Shown in pieces: positions 8,860 through 17,741 of a stretch of DNA of 64,000 nt. The DNA is from Nannocystales bacterium (GTDB taxonomy: Bacteria > Myxococcota_A > Polyangia > Nannocystales > Nannocystaceae): positions 89,317 through 153,316 of the forward strand of contig JBOEGF010000002.1 of the NCBI GenBank assembly GCA_050633305.1. The letters are read 5' to 3'. A program made the translations under genes and the position numbers. Numbering within the stretch: position 1 is the stretch's first letter; each line of letters starts with the position of its first letter. A model generated the notes under the pieces. It had not been told where the DNA came from, made no database searches, and saw nothing but the letters and a program-made list of their open reading frames with translations.

Positions 8860-9992
8860 CAGCGCCATGCCGTGCCCTCCACAGAGATATCGTCGACCCA
8901 CGGAAACGGGTCGTTCGTCGAGGGCGTGTCCACATCGGGCAGCCTCGGCTGCAGCGAAAGCGACAGCGCGGACAGATCCACCCGCGAGGAAAGAAGGCGC
9001 TGTTTTCCGAGGGCGGACTCCAGCTCCAATGTGACCGTGTCCAGGGCCCTGCGCACCTCCAGCGCTTCGGCGACCGTTCTCGCCCGCTCCAGAAGTGTGA
9101 GCAACTGCGCCTGGGTCCGTTGCAGGACTTCAATCCGGGTGCGGAGGTCGTAGTAGTCCTCGGTGACGTCTTGTGCCTCGAACGACTGTGCCTCGACCCG
9201 ACCCAGCGCCCCGATCTCCTGCGCGATGTCGCGGAACTTCCGAGCCGGGATCCGCACCACCATGCGCTCCTCATGCAGCGATTGGACGTAACCCCCCGCC
9301 TTGGTGACGAGCGCCTCGATTCGGGTCTGCGCAGTCGAGCGATCGAACACGGCGAGACTCATCGTTCCGGAGTAGACAACTTGTCGGGCAAAGTCCTCGG
9401 GCAGCGGGGACGTTGCGGCCTCGGCCTCCAGCTGCGGGATGGCGGAGCTTCCGTGGGACTCGGTGCGACCGCTCGAATCTGGGACCGCGGCGGCGAGCGC
9501 CTTGCGCTGATCGGCAAGCCGCGTCTTTGGGGACTCGCGCCGCGGCGCTGTTGATGTCACCCGCTCGAACGGGTCCTTGCTGGTCGTTCGACCCACCGAC
9601 GCGGACTGCCGGACGGCCACGGGCTTGACGCGGATCATTCGGTGAAACTCGTTGTGGGGGTCGAGCTTGAAGTTGGCTCTGAACGTTCCCCCCTCGGGGA
9701 GTTCGGTCACCTTTGAGACATCCGCCTGTCCCGCAAGGACCTGAATCGTGAACGTCCCTGTGGGGAGGTCACGAAATGCGTAGATCCCATTCGCGTTGGT
9801 GGTCGTCTCTCGGGCTCCTTTCAGACAGTTGCACTGGAGAACCACAAGCGCATTGGGCATCCGCTCCCCGGTGTCGGCGTTCGTCACCACACCCGAGATC
9901 GACCCGATATCACTCCCTGCTTCCGCCGGGCGAGGGCTCAGCGCCAGCACCCCCACCCCAACGATTCCGACCCACCACGACTTGTTCCCCAT
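8859..9992 (-). CDS. DUF4349 domain protein with N-terminal carboxypeptidase-regulatory-like domain
   Basis: Signal peptide; GSISGVVTNADTGE...TNANGIYAFRDLPTGTFTI; C-terminal GGYVQ...VRIPARKF...AQDVTEDYYDLRTRI (DUF4349 hallmark). Confidence 0.85.
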   Translation of the reverse strand: MGNKSWWVGIVGVGVLALSPRPAEAGSDIGSISGVVTNADTGERMPNALVVLQCNCLKGARETTTNANGIYAFRDLPTGTFTIQVLAGQADVSKVTELPEGGTFRANFKLDPHNEFHRMIRVKPVAVRQSASVGRTTSKDPFERVTSTAPRRESPKTRLADQRKALAAAVPDSSGRTESHGSSAIPQLEAEAATSPLPEDFARQVVYSGTMSLAVFDRSTAQTRIEALVTKAGGYVQSLHEERMVVRIPARKFRDIAQEIGALGRVEAQSFEAQDVTEDYYDLRTRIEVLQRTQAQLLTLLERARTVAEALEVRRALDTVTLELESALGKQRLLSSRVDLSALSLSLQPRLPDVDTPSTNDPFPWVDDISVEGTAWR

Positions 9993-10096
9993 GACGTCTC
10001 TTGGCTCCCTCCACCGCAACGAGAGCTCCCAGCACGACTTACAGCGCGTGACACCGCTTCACCGCGTGGAGCGCCAGTCCGTGTGCGTCGTTTGGA

Positions 10097-12154
10097 TTGA
10101 TGGAGGAAAACGAACTTTCCCAACATCCGGGTGATCGTGGGCATCGCCCCGGACACTACCCACGAGTGATTGGCTTAACTTCCGGGAAACGTACCGAGGT
10201 GGCACTTGCCTCTCTGCTGGCAGCGACGGCTGTCTGGCTTGCAAATCCGTCCGCAGCTCATGCATGCGGCGGAACCTTCTGCGACGCCGGGCCCTCGGTC
10301 ATGCCCGTGGACCAGACCGGCGAAAACGTGATGTTCGTGGTCGCCGATGGTCAGGTCGAGGCACACATCCAGATTCAGTACACAGGCGATCCTGAGCGCT
10401 TCGCGTGGATCGTCCCCGTGATGGCAGAACCGACGGTGGAGGTGGGCTCGGACCTGCTCTTCACGGAGCTGCAAGAGGCCACCGTGCCGACCTTTACCGT
10501 CTCCACCCGTACCGAGAACTGCGGCGCCCCTGGGGGCATCGGAGGCGGAGGCGGGGGCGGTGGCGGTGGGTGCGGAGGCGCTCCCCGAGATGAACCGCTC
10601 GCCGGGTTCGGCGACGACGATTCACACGCGGACGACGGCCTCGATGACCCGCCAACCGTGCATCAGCGGGAACTCGCAGGGAGCTACGAATACGTCGTGC
10701 TCGAGGGCGGAAGCGTGAACGGCATCGTGACCTGGCTCGACGAAAACGGCTTCGCCCAGGACGACGACGCCCCTCCGATCTTGCAGGACTACATCGACGA
10801 CGGCTTCCTCTTCGTCGCGTTCAAGTTGCGCTCCGGACACGGCGTCGACCAGATTCACCCGATCGTGTTGCGCTATCCCGGCGACGAAGCGTGTGTGCCC
10901 CTGCGCCTGACGCGAATCGCCGCGCGAGACGACATGGGTGTGCGTACATTCTTTCTCGGCCGGGACCGCGTGACCCCGACCAACTTTCGTCACGTGCAGC
11001 TCAACCCTCTGAAGTTCGATTGGGACGCCCCGGGCACCGACTACGAAGAGGTCGTCACCCGTGCCGTCGATGAGGATGGCGCAGACGGACAGGCGTTCGT
11101 CACCGAGTATGCCGGGAGCTCCAACGTCATCTCGTCCGCCGCGTTCAACTCACACCGCTGGCGCAGCGCCCCCTTCGCAAGTGCCAGCCCCGAGGATCTC
11201 ACCGCGTTGCTGGCCGAGCACGATCTGATGACCTGCCTGTGGGACGAGTGCTACCCGACCCACCCCCTCCTCCCTTCGCTTCTGCAGACGTACGTCCCTC
11301 CACCACCCGGCGTCGATCCCAAGGACTTCTACGCGTGCACAAGCTGCTACGCCGACTGGCAGCCGGAGGGAGAGCCACCCGCCGCCGACGCGAGCACAAC
11401 CGCTGGAACATCGAGCGACACCGATGGCGGGGAGAGTTCCAGCGATACAGATGGCCTAGGCACGACAGGAGGTTCCGCCAGCGGGTCGAGCGACACCGGA
11501 GGCACAAGCGACGGGCAGAGCGGGACCACCAGCGATGACGGAACCGGGGAGGAACCCACGTCCCCAGACGCGTGGCCTGCCTCGTGGGACACCGAGGGGC
11601 TCGCCGACGCCCTCCAAGAGCAGGTCGTCGCCCCGAGCGAGCACGCCGCGGCCCTGGTGAGCAAGTACGGGTACCTCACCCGCATGTACACCACGCTGTC
11701 CCCCAGCGAGATGACCCGCGACCCGTTGTTCTCCGAGATGCCCGGCCTACCCGACGTCGACAACGTCTGGTCGGCCACCCGCTTCAACCGTTGTGACGGA
11801 CCCGACCGCGTCGAACTCGATTCGGGACCCGTGCTGTGGTTCACCGAGTCCGACGAGCCACCTGCGTTTGCGCAGATGCCCTACGCATGGATCGTGGAGG
11901 AGTTCTTCACGGGCGCCCCGATGGTGATCCGCAACAACGTGGAAGCCATCGATGCCGAGCTCTCCGCATGGAACGCGGACCACCAGGGCCCCGACATCAC
12001 ACCCGATGACGAGCTTCCCGCTGAGATGGACGACGACGACGATGACGGGTTCTGCAACTGCACCTCGACCAACCCAGTGCGTGGCTCTGGCACGGTCTCG
12101 CTGCTGCTGATGCTGGGGCTCTTCGCCCGGAAGCAGCGACGCTGGGTCGGCTGA
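10097..12154 (+). CDS. DUF2330 domain protein with MYXO-CTERM tail
   Basis: AHACGGTFC...PVDQTGENVMF...AHIQIQY.G..ERFAWIVPV...PLRLTRIAA...FVTEYAG; C-terminus CNCTST...SLLLMLGLFARKQRR; start may be GTG 10166. Confidence 0.9.
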   Translation: MMEENELSQHPGDRGHRPGHYPRVIGLTSGKRTEVALASLLAATAVWLANPSAAHACGGTFCDAGPSVMPVDQTGENVMFVVADGQVEAHIQIQYTGDPERFAWIVPVMAEPTVEVGSDLLFTELQEATVPTFTVSTRTENCGAPGGIGGGGGGGGGGCGGAPRDEPLAGFGDDDSHADDGLDDPPTVHQRELAGSYEYVVLEGGSVNGIVTWLDENGFAQDDDAPPILQDYIDDGFLFVAFKLRSGHGVDQIHPIVLRYPGDEACVPLRLTRIAARDDMGVRTFFLGRDRVTPTNFRHVQLNPLKFDWDAPGTDYEEVVTRAVDEDGADGQAFVTEYAGSSNVISSAAFNSHRWRSAPFASASPEDLTALLAEHDLMTCLWDECYPTHPLLPSLLQTYVPPPPGVDPKDFYACTSCYADWQPEGEPPAADASTTAGTSSDTDGGESSSDTDGLGTTGGSASGSSDTGGTSDGQSGTTSDDGTGEEPTSPDAWPASWDTEGLADALQEQVVAPSEHAAALVSKYGYLTRMYTTLSPSEMTRDPLFSEMPGLPDVDNVWSATRFNRCDGPDRVELDSGPVLWFTESDEPPAFAQMPYAWIVEEFFTGAPMVIRNNVEAIDAELSAWNADHQGPDITPDDELPAEMDDDDDDGFCNCTSTNPVRGSGTVSLLLMLGLFARKQRRWVG

Positions 12155-12321
12155 GGGCGCTTCGTCCATCGCCGAACGCCGTCATCTGGCTCGCAAGCGG
12201 TGTTGCTCGGGGGGCTGGCGACGGGAGTGATCGAACCGCCTCAGCCCTCGTCTTCTCGACAAAGGAGCGCGCCAGCAGCAAAAAAGGCCCCAGGGCAGAA
12301 GGTCCCGCCTTTGCTCGCCGA

Positions 12322-12347
12322 ACTCCGATTTTTTTTTCGATCGGAGT
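12322..12347. promoter_or_regulatory. 8-bp inverted repeat around a T-tract (operator or hairpin candidate)
   Basis: ACTCCGAT-ttttttttcg-ATCGGAGT in an AT-enriched intergenic region; function unknown. Confidence 0.35.
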
Positions 12348-12544
12348 GACGGAACCGAGCTTTGAGGGGAATGGGTTGGTAGCCCAGTTCGGACGGCCGC
12401 ACTCCACGACGAATGTGCTGTCTGCCCCCCGGACGCTCTCGCTCAGCTGACGACGCGATGAACACCAGAGCCCGAAGTCCCTCCTCTCCCGACACCAGCA
12501 AGATCCACGCTCGTCCGTGGCAACTGGGCTGCGGTTCGCGCCGA

Positions 12545-13330
12545 ATGGTCGTAGGCACGTTAAGCCTGGTTCTACAGGCTTGCTCCGCTGGCCCCGACCT
12601 CGAGTCCGATGGAACAGGGGTTCGCGACCCTATCGGAGCCCACGAAACGGAGGGCGCCACAACCTCCTCCTCGACCGACGCAGACGTCGTCGAAGAAGGC
12701 TCCTCATCGACCGGGGACGAAGGAGCAACCTACAAACCGGAGGCCGGGGAGTCCTCGACGGGCGAACTTGACGGTAACCCTTCCCCAGCCAAGGTCTGCC
12801 CAGATGGCCCTTCGTGCTTCTCATGGTGTGGTGTTCAGAAGTCCGACGGAGAGTGCGTCCGCGCTGTCCCAGTCGAGGCCACGCCACCCGTCGACCTCCT
12901 ATGCCCCTCGCTTCACCTGACAATCGATGCGGACGGCGCCGCGAGCCTCGGCGAGGGCTCCACGCACGACGACGTCCGCTGTTTCATGCAGGCCATTCGC
13001 TATTCGAACGAAGGCTCTCTCTCCTTGTCATGGCTCGACACGGAGAGTGGTTACAACGCAATGATCGAGATGCGTCTCAACGGGGACCAGACGGTGGATT
13101 TGGCGATGCGATCACGCCGCGGGGCAGACTGCGGCGAGATGGTCACGCTGTGGGCACCGTCGGCCCACACCCAAGTCCGAGAGGACGCCCTGTACACAGC
13201 CTGCCTCGACACGAGCCCGCCCGCGAGCCTGCAGGAGTGCCTCCTGGGGCCCGCAGCGTCGTTCCACACCAGCTTTGACACTGCCTTCGGCAGCCCGTTC
13301 CCCTGGCTCTCGGGCTACTGCATCCCGTAG
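12545..13330 (+). CDS. Cys-rich lipoprotein (hypothetical)
   Basis: MVVGTLSLVLQAC, Ser/Thr/Glu linker, paired cysteines. Confidence 0.7.
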   Translation: MVVGTLSLVLQACSAGPDLESDGTGVRDPIGAHETEGATTSSSTDADVVEEGSSSTGDEGATYKPEAGESSTGELDGNPSPAKVCPDGPSCFSWCGVQKSDGECVRAVPVEATPPVDLLCPSLHLTIDADGAASLGEGSTHDDVRCFMQAIRYSNEGSLSLSWLDTESGYNAMIEMRLNGDQTVDLAMRSRRGADCGEMVTLWAPSAHTQVREDALYTACLDTSPPASLQECLLGPAASFHTSFDTAFGSPFPWLSGYCIP

Positions 13331-13362
13331 GGGCCGCTCGAGCGTGACGAGCCAGAAGACCG

Positions 13363-13833
13363 ATGACGGCATCACAAGACAAGGACAACCTCGTCCCATG
13401 GGCAACGCTCGCCGAAGCGATGTCGACAGGCGTGTTTGGCCGCGGCGGCTCCAGCGATCACAGCGGGCACAGCAACGGACTGTTGCCCATCGTGGTCCGC
13501 GGTCCGAGTGGTTTGGAGACGCTGGCGGGAAGCTACGACCCCGACACGGGAACGATGTGGATGACTCGCGCAGTTCAAGACCTGCTCATCGCGTGTATTG
13601 GGGCCTCGGAGCCCGCTGTGGTCGTGCTCGACAGGCGAGGCGCCGGGGGTGCGGTCGACCTTCACAAAGGTACGGTTGCTTTGAGCGCGGGGCTTGGGTC
13701 AAGTGCGGAACTCGACGTCCTGCGTCAGATCGAGTCAGCGGACTGGGTCGATCTCGGCACGCTGGAGATTCGCTCGGCAAACTGGGCCGCACCGTCGACA
13801 GACAGCAAGCCCCCGTGCTGCGAGCCCGGGTGA
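13363..13833 (+). CDS. Hypothetical protein
   Basis: 156-aa ORF filling the gap between co-oriented genes; no motif recognised. Confidence 0.5.
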   Translation: MTASQDKDNLVPWATLAEAMSTGVFGRGGSSDHSGHSNGLLPIVVRGPSGLETLAGSYDPDTGTMWMTRAVQDLLIACIGASEPAVVVLDRRGAGGAVDLHKGTVALSAGLGSSAELDVLRQIESADWVDLGTLEIRSANWAAPSTDSKPPCCEPG

Positions 13834-13984
13834 GGCAAGCGAGCGCGGATCGCTGGTATCGCAAGCGAATCCGCGCACGGGGACTGGTCCAACGCGAGCA
13901 GGGTGGCCTGCTACGAGCCGGTTGCCGACCTCGGAGAACCTTTGCGAACGAACGTGCCTCCACACGTGCTGATACGATCCGTGC

Positions 13985-15196
13985 ATGCGGATTGCAGCGG
14001 CGATGCTCCTGGTCGCAGCGTTCCAGTGCGGAAAGGCTCCCAGCTCTCCGGGCTCTTCGGCGCCCGACCCCACGGCGCCGGCTCCCCGTGATGCGGCAAG
14101 TCGAGTCTTGTCCGAGCAGCCGGTCTCCATTTGCGAGAGCTGGTCCGACGCTCCGGAGCCAGACCTGATGGAAGCGCGGCAACTCGTCGCTCGGACCGAC
14201 CATGCGTGCGTGCGTATCTCGAGCGGACGTGTTCGGTGCTGGGGGTCCAACACCGTCGGGCAACTGGGTACCTGCGAAGCGTCGGACCACAGCGCCGTGC
14301 CCCAGACCTTTCCCGGCGTCGAGAAGGCCCGCGATGTTGCCGTGGGGCGCTACGGCACGTGCGTCGTCGCAGAGTCCGGTTCGCTGTGGTGCTCCGATCA
14401 GGTTCGCGGGCTTCTGGGCGCCGAGGGGACGGGCAAGATCGAAGGCATCGATCGAGCCACGGCGGTCGCGGTGGGCGACCTGCACGTCTGCACGCTCTCC
14501 AGTGACTCGAAGATCCTGTGTTTCGGGCGCTGGGACGCTGCAGAGGCCCTCGGCCCCGCGGCCCGGATCCTCGACAACGAGACGGATACGGGCCGGGGTG
14601 CGGGCTATGTGGAGCTTCAGCAACCGACCCAGCTCGTTGCGGGTGCGGCCCACAACTGCGGCCTGGAGAGCCAGGGCCGAGTGATGTGCTGGGGACAGAA
14701 CACCCAGGGCCAGCTGGGCGATCCCACAGTGGGTGCGGAGATCGACTCGAACCGCGGCGTGCCCCGGCGTGTTGCTGCGCTCCCCTACGTCGAGTCGATT
14801 CACGCCGAGCAAAACACCACGTGTGCCGTCACAGACGTGGGCGAGTTGTACTGCTGGGGCGAAGGTTTTGGTCCGCAGGCGATGGGCATCCGGGTCCCTC
14901 AAACCCGGTCCGCCGCGATGGGACCGGGGTTCGTCTGTCTGGCCACCCGCGCGGGCGGGCTGTGGTGCGGTGGCGAGTCGATGACGTTCGCGCCCGACGT
15001 GCAGGCAGCCGTCCTCCCGGGCTACGACCAAACCGTCGGAGTCGCGGTGGGCGACGGCTTCGTCTGCGGGCATCGCAAGGACGGCATCGTGCAGTGCCAG
15101 GGCACCAACGCGCAGGGCCAACTCGGCGGAATGCACCCCGACGAGGCCGCCCGCCTCGAGCCAACGATGGTGTTGCTCGGCGGCGTGGCGATCTAG
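13985..15196 (+). CDS. RCC1/BLIP-II repeat lipoprotein
   Basis: Repeats HAC...GRVRCWGSNTVGQLG, HNC...GRVMCWGQNTQGQLG, GELYCWG, QCQGTNAQGQLG. Confidence 0.9.
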   Translation: MRIAAAMLLVAAFQCGKAPSSPGSSAPDPTAPAPRDAASRVLSEQPVSICESWSDAPEPDLMEARQLVARTDHACVRISSGRVRCWGSNTVGQLGTCEASDHSAVPQTFPGVEKARDVAVGRYGTCVVAESGSLWCSDQVRGLLGAEGTGKIEGIDRATAVAVGDLHVCTLSSDSKILCFGRWDAAEALGPAARILDNETDTGRGAGYVELQQPTQLVAGAAHNCGLESQGRVMCWGQNTQGQLGDPTVGAEIDSNRGVPRRVAALPYVESIHAEQNTTCAVTDVGELYCWGEGFGPQAMGIRVPQTRSAAMGPGFVCLATRAGGLWCGGESMTFAPDVQAAVLPGYDQTVGVAVGDGFVCGHRKDGIVQCQGTNAQGQLGGMHPDEAARLEPTMVLLGGVAI

Positions 15197-15222
15197 GGGG
15201 TGTCCTTGCCCTCCCCTGGTGG

Positions 15223-16401
15223 TCAGCGGGTGATGGTCTCTGAAGCGACCGTTCGCGGCTGAGTCTCCACGGCCTCCGCCAACCCGAGCTTCGCCGCGGC
15301 GGCCGTGGGCACCAACCGCAACTCGAGCTTCAACTCCACGGTGGTGACCTCTTGCGGGACCTCGAACTCGAGCGTTCGACTCTCGGAGGGCTTGAGCCTG
15401 TTGTCCCGCGACATCGACTTGGACAACACAGGGAGCGTGGGCTTGCCTGCCTCGTCGACGTAGACCTTGTTGAACACCGACTCCGGACTGTCCTCGTTGC
15501 GCCACACCTCGGCGCCCGCGCCGTCACGACCCACGGCCGAAAGCATCGCGACACGGCCGGGGAATCCCGTGGGGAAGCCATGACCAGTCTCGTTGTTCAA
15601 CGTGACCTTCAGGCCAGTCTCGCCGAACGTGCCCTCGAGGGACACAGCGCTCGAGAGAAACTCTCCGTCGTCGTGGTACCAGGCTCGGTGGGGCCCAAGG
15701 AACACGTGCCGAGCGTGTTCACTTCGCGAGCCGACGATTCCGCCAGGACCGGGGATTCGAGGCATGTGACAGTCCATGCACCCCTTCTCCTCCCCTTTGC
15801 GCGCCTCGAACTCCGCACCTGTGGCGCAGGTGTTGACCCCACTCGGGTTCTCCGCCACGGCATGACAGGCCAAGCACACGGTCTTGCGGTCCTTGATGAA
15901 CTCCGGCGCAGCGCCCGTCTGGTGAGCAGGAGAGCTTCCGGGCGCCATGTCGTGTCCGGCTCTCATCCGGACCACGTCGGCAAAGCCCAGCGCCTGTGCA
16001 CCCGACTTCCCCGGATGCACCGCATCGAGCATGTGGCAGGAGGCACAGGACACGCCCAGTTTTCCCGCCGGGCTGTCGGGGTTGGCGGGGTCGCGTGGCG
16101 TGTGGCAGTTGGCGCAGTCGGCTTGGACCTCGGGGCCCAGCGACTTGCTCGCCAGCTGGCGCACTGCGGCGAAGATGGGGTCGCTGTCGTGGTGCGCGCG
16201 GGCGTGCATGCTCTCCTTCCACTCGCCGACGATCTGCGCATGACACTCGGAGCACGCGTCGGGATCATCGGGGTTCACCACGGCCCTGCGCGGCGGCGTC
16301 CCCTCGGGATTGCCCTTCGGCTCGCCCGATCCGCCACACGCGGAGGCCGCGATCCACAGGCATGACAACGCCGCGAACGGAAACTTCACCGCAGTCACCA
16401 T
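15223..16401 (-). CDS. Multihaem (5x CxxCH) cytochrome c lipoprotein, c554-like N-terminal domain
   Basis: CSECH, CANCH, CASCH, CLACH, CMDCH; EWKESMHA, DPIF, GHGFPTGFP; IAASAC lipobox. Confidence 0.9.
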   Translation of the reverse strand: MVTAVKFPFAALSCLWIAASACGGSGEPKGNPEGTPPRRAVVNPDDPDACSECHAQIVGEWKESMHARAHHDSDPIFAAVRQLASKSLGPEVQADCANCHTPRDPANPDSPAGKLGVSCASCHMLDAVHPGKSGAQALGFADVVRMRAGHDMAPGSSPAHQTGAAPEFIKDRKTVCLACHAVAENPSGVNTCATGAEFEARKGEEKGCMDCHMPRIPGPGGIVGSRSEHARHVFLGPHRAWYHDDGEFLSSAVSLEGTFGETGLKVTLNNETGHGFPTGFPGRVAMLSAVGRDGAGAEVWRNEDSPESVFNKVYVDEAGKPTLPVLSKSMSRDNRLKPSESRTLEFEVPQEVTTVELKLELRLVPTAAAAKLGLAEAVETQPRTVASETITR

Positions 16402-16464
16402 GCGGTCGGCTCGAAGCTCGCGGCCCGCAAAGACTGCGGCGCAGATTGGTGCGCAGGGTCGGCG

Positions 16465-17097
16465 TCAGGATGAGCACGCGAGGTCGGTCGCTGCCCCTTG
16501 GATCACACATGCCAGCGGGGTCCCAGGCTGAAACAACGTGGCGCAGTCAAGGGTGCTCAGGCAGGCGAGGAACTCTGCATGCGCCGAGCCGCAGGCCGGG
16601 GAGATCGCTTGGGCCGAGGCCCGTGCTTGCTGGCACAATGCAATCTCGCTCTCGTACGTGTAGTCCGCGTCGCAGTCGGCGTACAACTGCGCGAGATCGG
16701 GACAGGGGTCATCCCCAACAGGTGGATCGTAGCCCGTCGAACTCTCGCCGGAGTCTCCGGACGAGGCCGCCGGAGTCTCCGACGTGGCGCCCATTCCGGT
16801 TGAATCACCGTCGTCCGGCGAGGGGTCGGCGCCCCCGCTGGTTCCGTCCGGGACGGCGCCTGTCTCTCCCTCGTTGGGCCAGCCCCCAGTGTCGCCCGAC
16901 CCTTTGGAGTCCGCGGGCGCCGAGCCACCGCTGGTTTCCAGGGGGTCGGTCCAAGGGTCGCCGGACCCGTCGTCTCCGCCATTGGTGCCGTATGGGCTGG
17001 GCCGCGGTGCGGGGCCACCGCTCCCGCCCGCACAACCGACCGTCAACGTCGCCAGGCTCGACAAAAACAACAAACTTCCCAGGTGCTCTCGGTCCAT
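16465..17097 (-). CDS. Cys-rich lipoprotein (paralogue of next gene)
   Basis: MDREHLGSLLFLSSLATLTVGC; C-terminal ACGSAHAEFLACLSTLDC...AC. Confidence 0.8.
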   Translation of the reverse strand: MDREHLGSLLFLSSLATLTVGCAGGSGGPAPRPSPYGTNGGDDGSGDPWTDPLETSGGSAPADSKGSGDTGGWPNEGETGAVPDGTSGGADPSPDDGDSTGMGATSETPAASSGDSGESSTGYDPPVGDDPCPDLAQLYADCDADYTYESEIALCQQARASAQAISPACGSAHAEFLACLSTLDCATLFQPGTPLACVIQGAATDLACSS

Positions 17098-17193
17098 CGT
17101 CCGCCTCCCCACAGAAGGCACCGCGTACGCGGCACGAGGGGGAGGTGCACCGTCGCACCCGGAAGGTTCCCGGGGATGCTCTCGAGGACCCGG

Positions 17194-17670
17194 TTACTCC
17201 CGGTCGTCTTCACCAACGCCGCCGCCGACGTTGCAGGCGGCGTCCGCGGCAACAAGCGCTTCCCGGCACGCGAAGTCAGCACCAAGGACCAGCACATCGC
17301 AACTCAGCCCAGAGAGGCAGGCGTAGATCTCCACGGTTGCGCTCGCGCACTCAGGTCCCGCGTAGACCCCCAAATCTGCGATGTACCGAGCACAGTAATC
17401 CGCGAAGTCGGGAGCGATGCTCACCCCGTAGTAGCCGGTGTCATAGTCGTAGCCGCCGAATCCACCGCTACACTCGGCAATCCTCGTGACGTAGGCGCCG
17501 CACACCTCTAGAGAATCCACGCCACCAAGCGAGCTCTCCGAGGCCAATGGGTTTCCCGGCGGACCACCACCGGGTCCCTCCCCGGGCTCGCCAACGTCGC
17601 CACACCCCGGGACTCCGAGGGTGGCGATTCCCGCCAAGAACAGCAAGTTCGCGAGCCGATTGTCATCCAT
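17194..17670 (-). CDS. Cys-rich lipoprotein (paralogue of previous gene)
   Basis: MDDNRLANLLFLAGIATLGVPGC; C-terminal ECASATVEIYACLSGLSC...AC. Confidence 0.8.
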   Translation of the reverse strand: MDDNRLANLLFLAGIATLGVPGCGDVGEPGEGPGGGPPGNPLASESSLGGVDSLEVCGAYVTRIAECSGGFGGYDYDTGYYGVSIAPDFADYCARYIADLGVYAGPECASATVEIYACLSGLSCDVLVLGADFACREALVAADAACNVGGGVGEDDRE

Positions 17671-17741
17671 ATAGGCGAACAGTTTCCCCCGAGCGGACCC
17701 CAAACGACAAGAATCCGGGGAACGGAGCCGGATCCTGCTCG

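Noticed and set aside
11336..11350. CTSC in DUF2330 as a haem site
   Set aside because: Followed by Tyr rather than His.
13586..15505. 639-aa minus-strand ORF
   Set aside because: Antisense shadow of the RCC1 gene; no motifs, typical of high-GC DNA.
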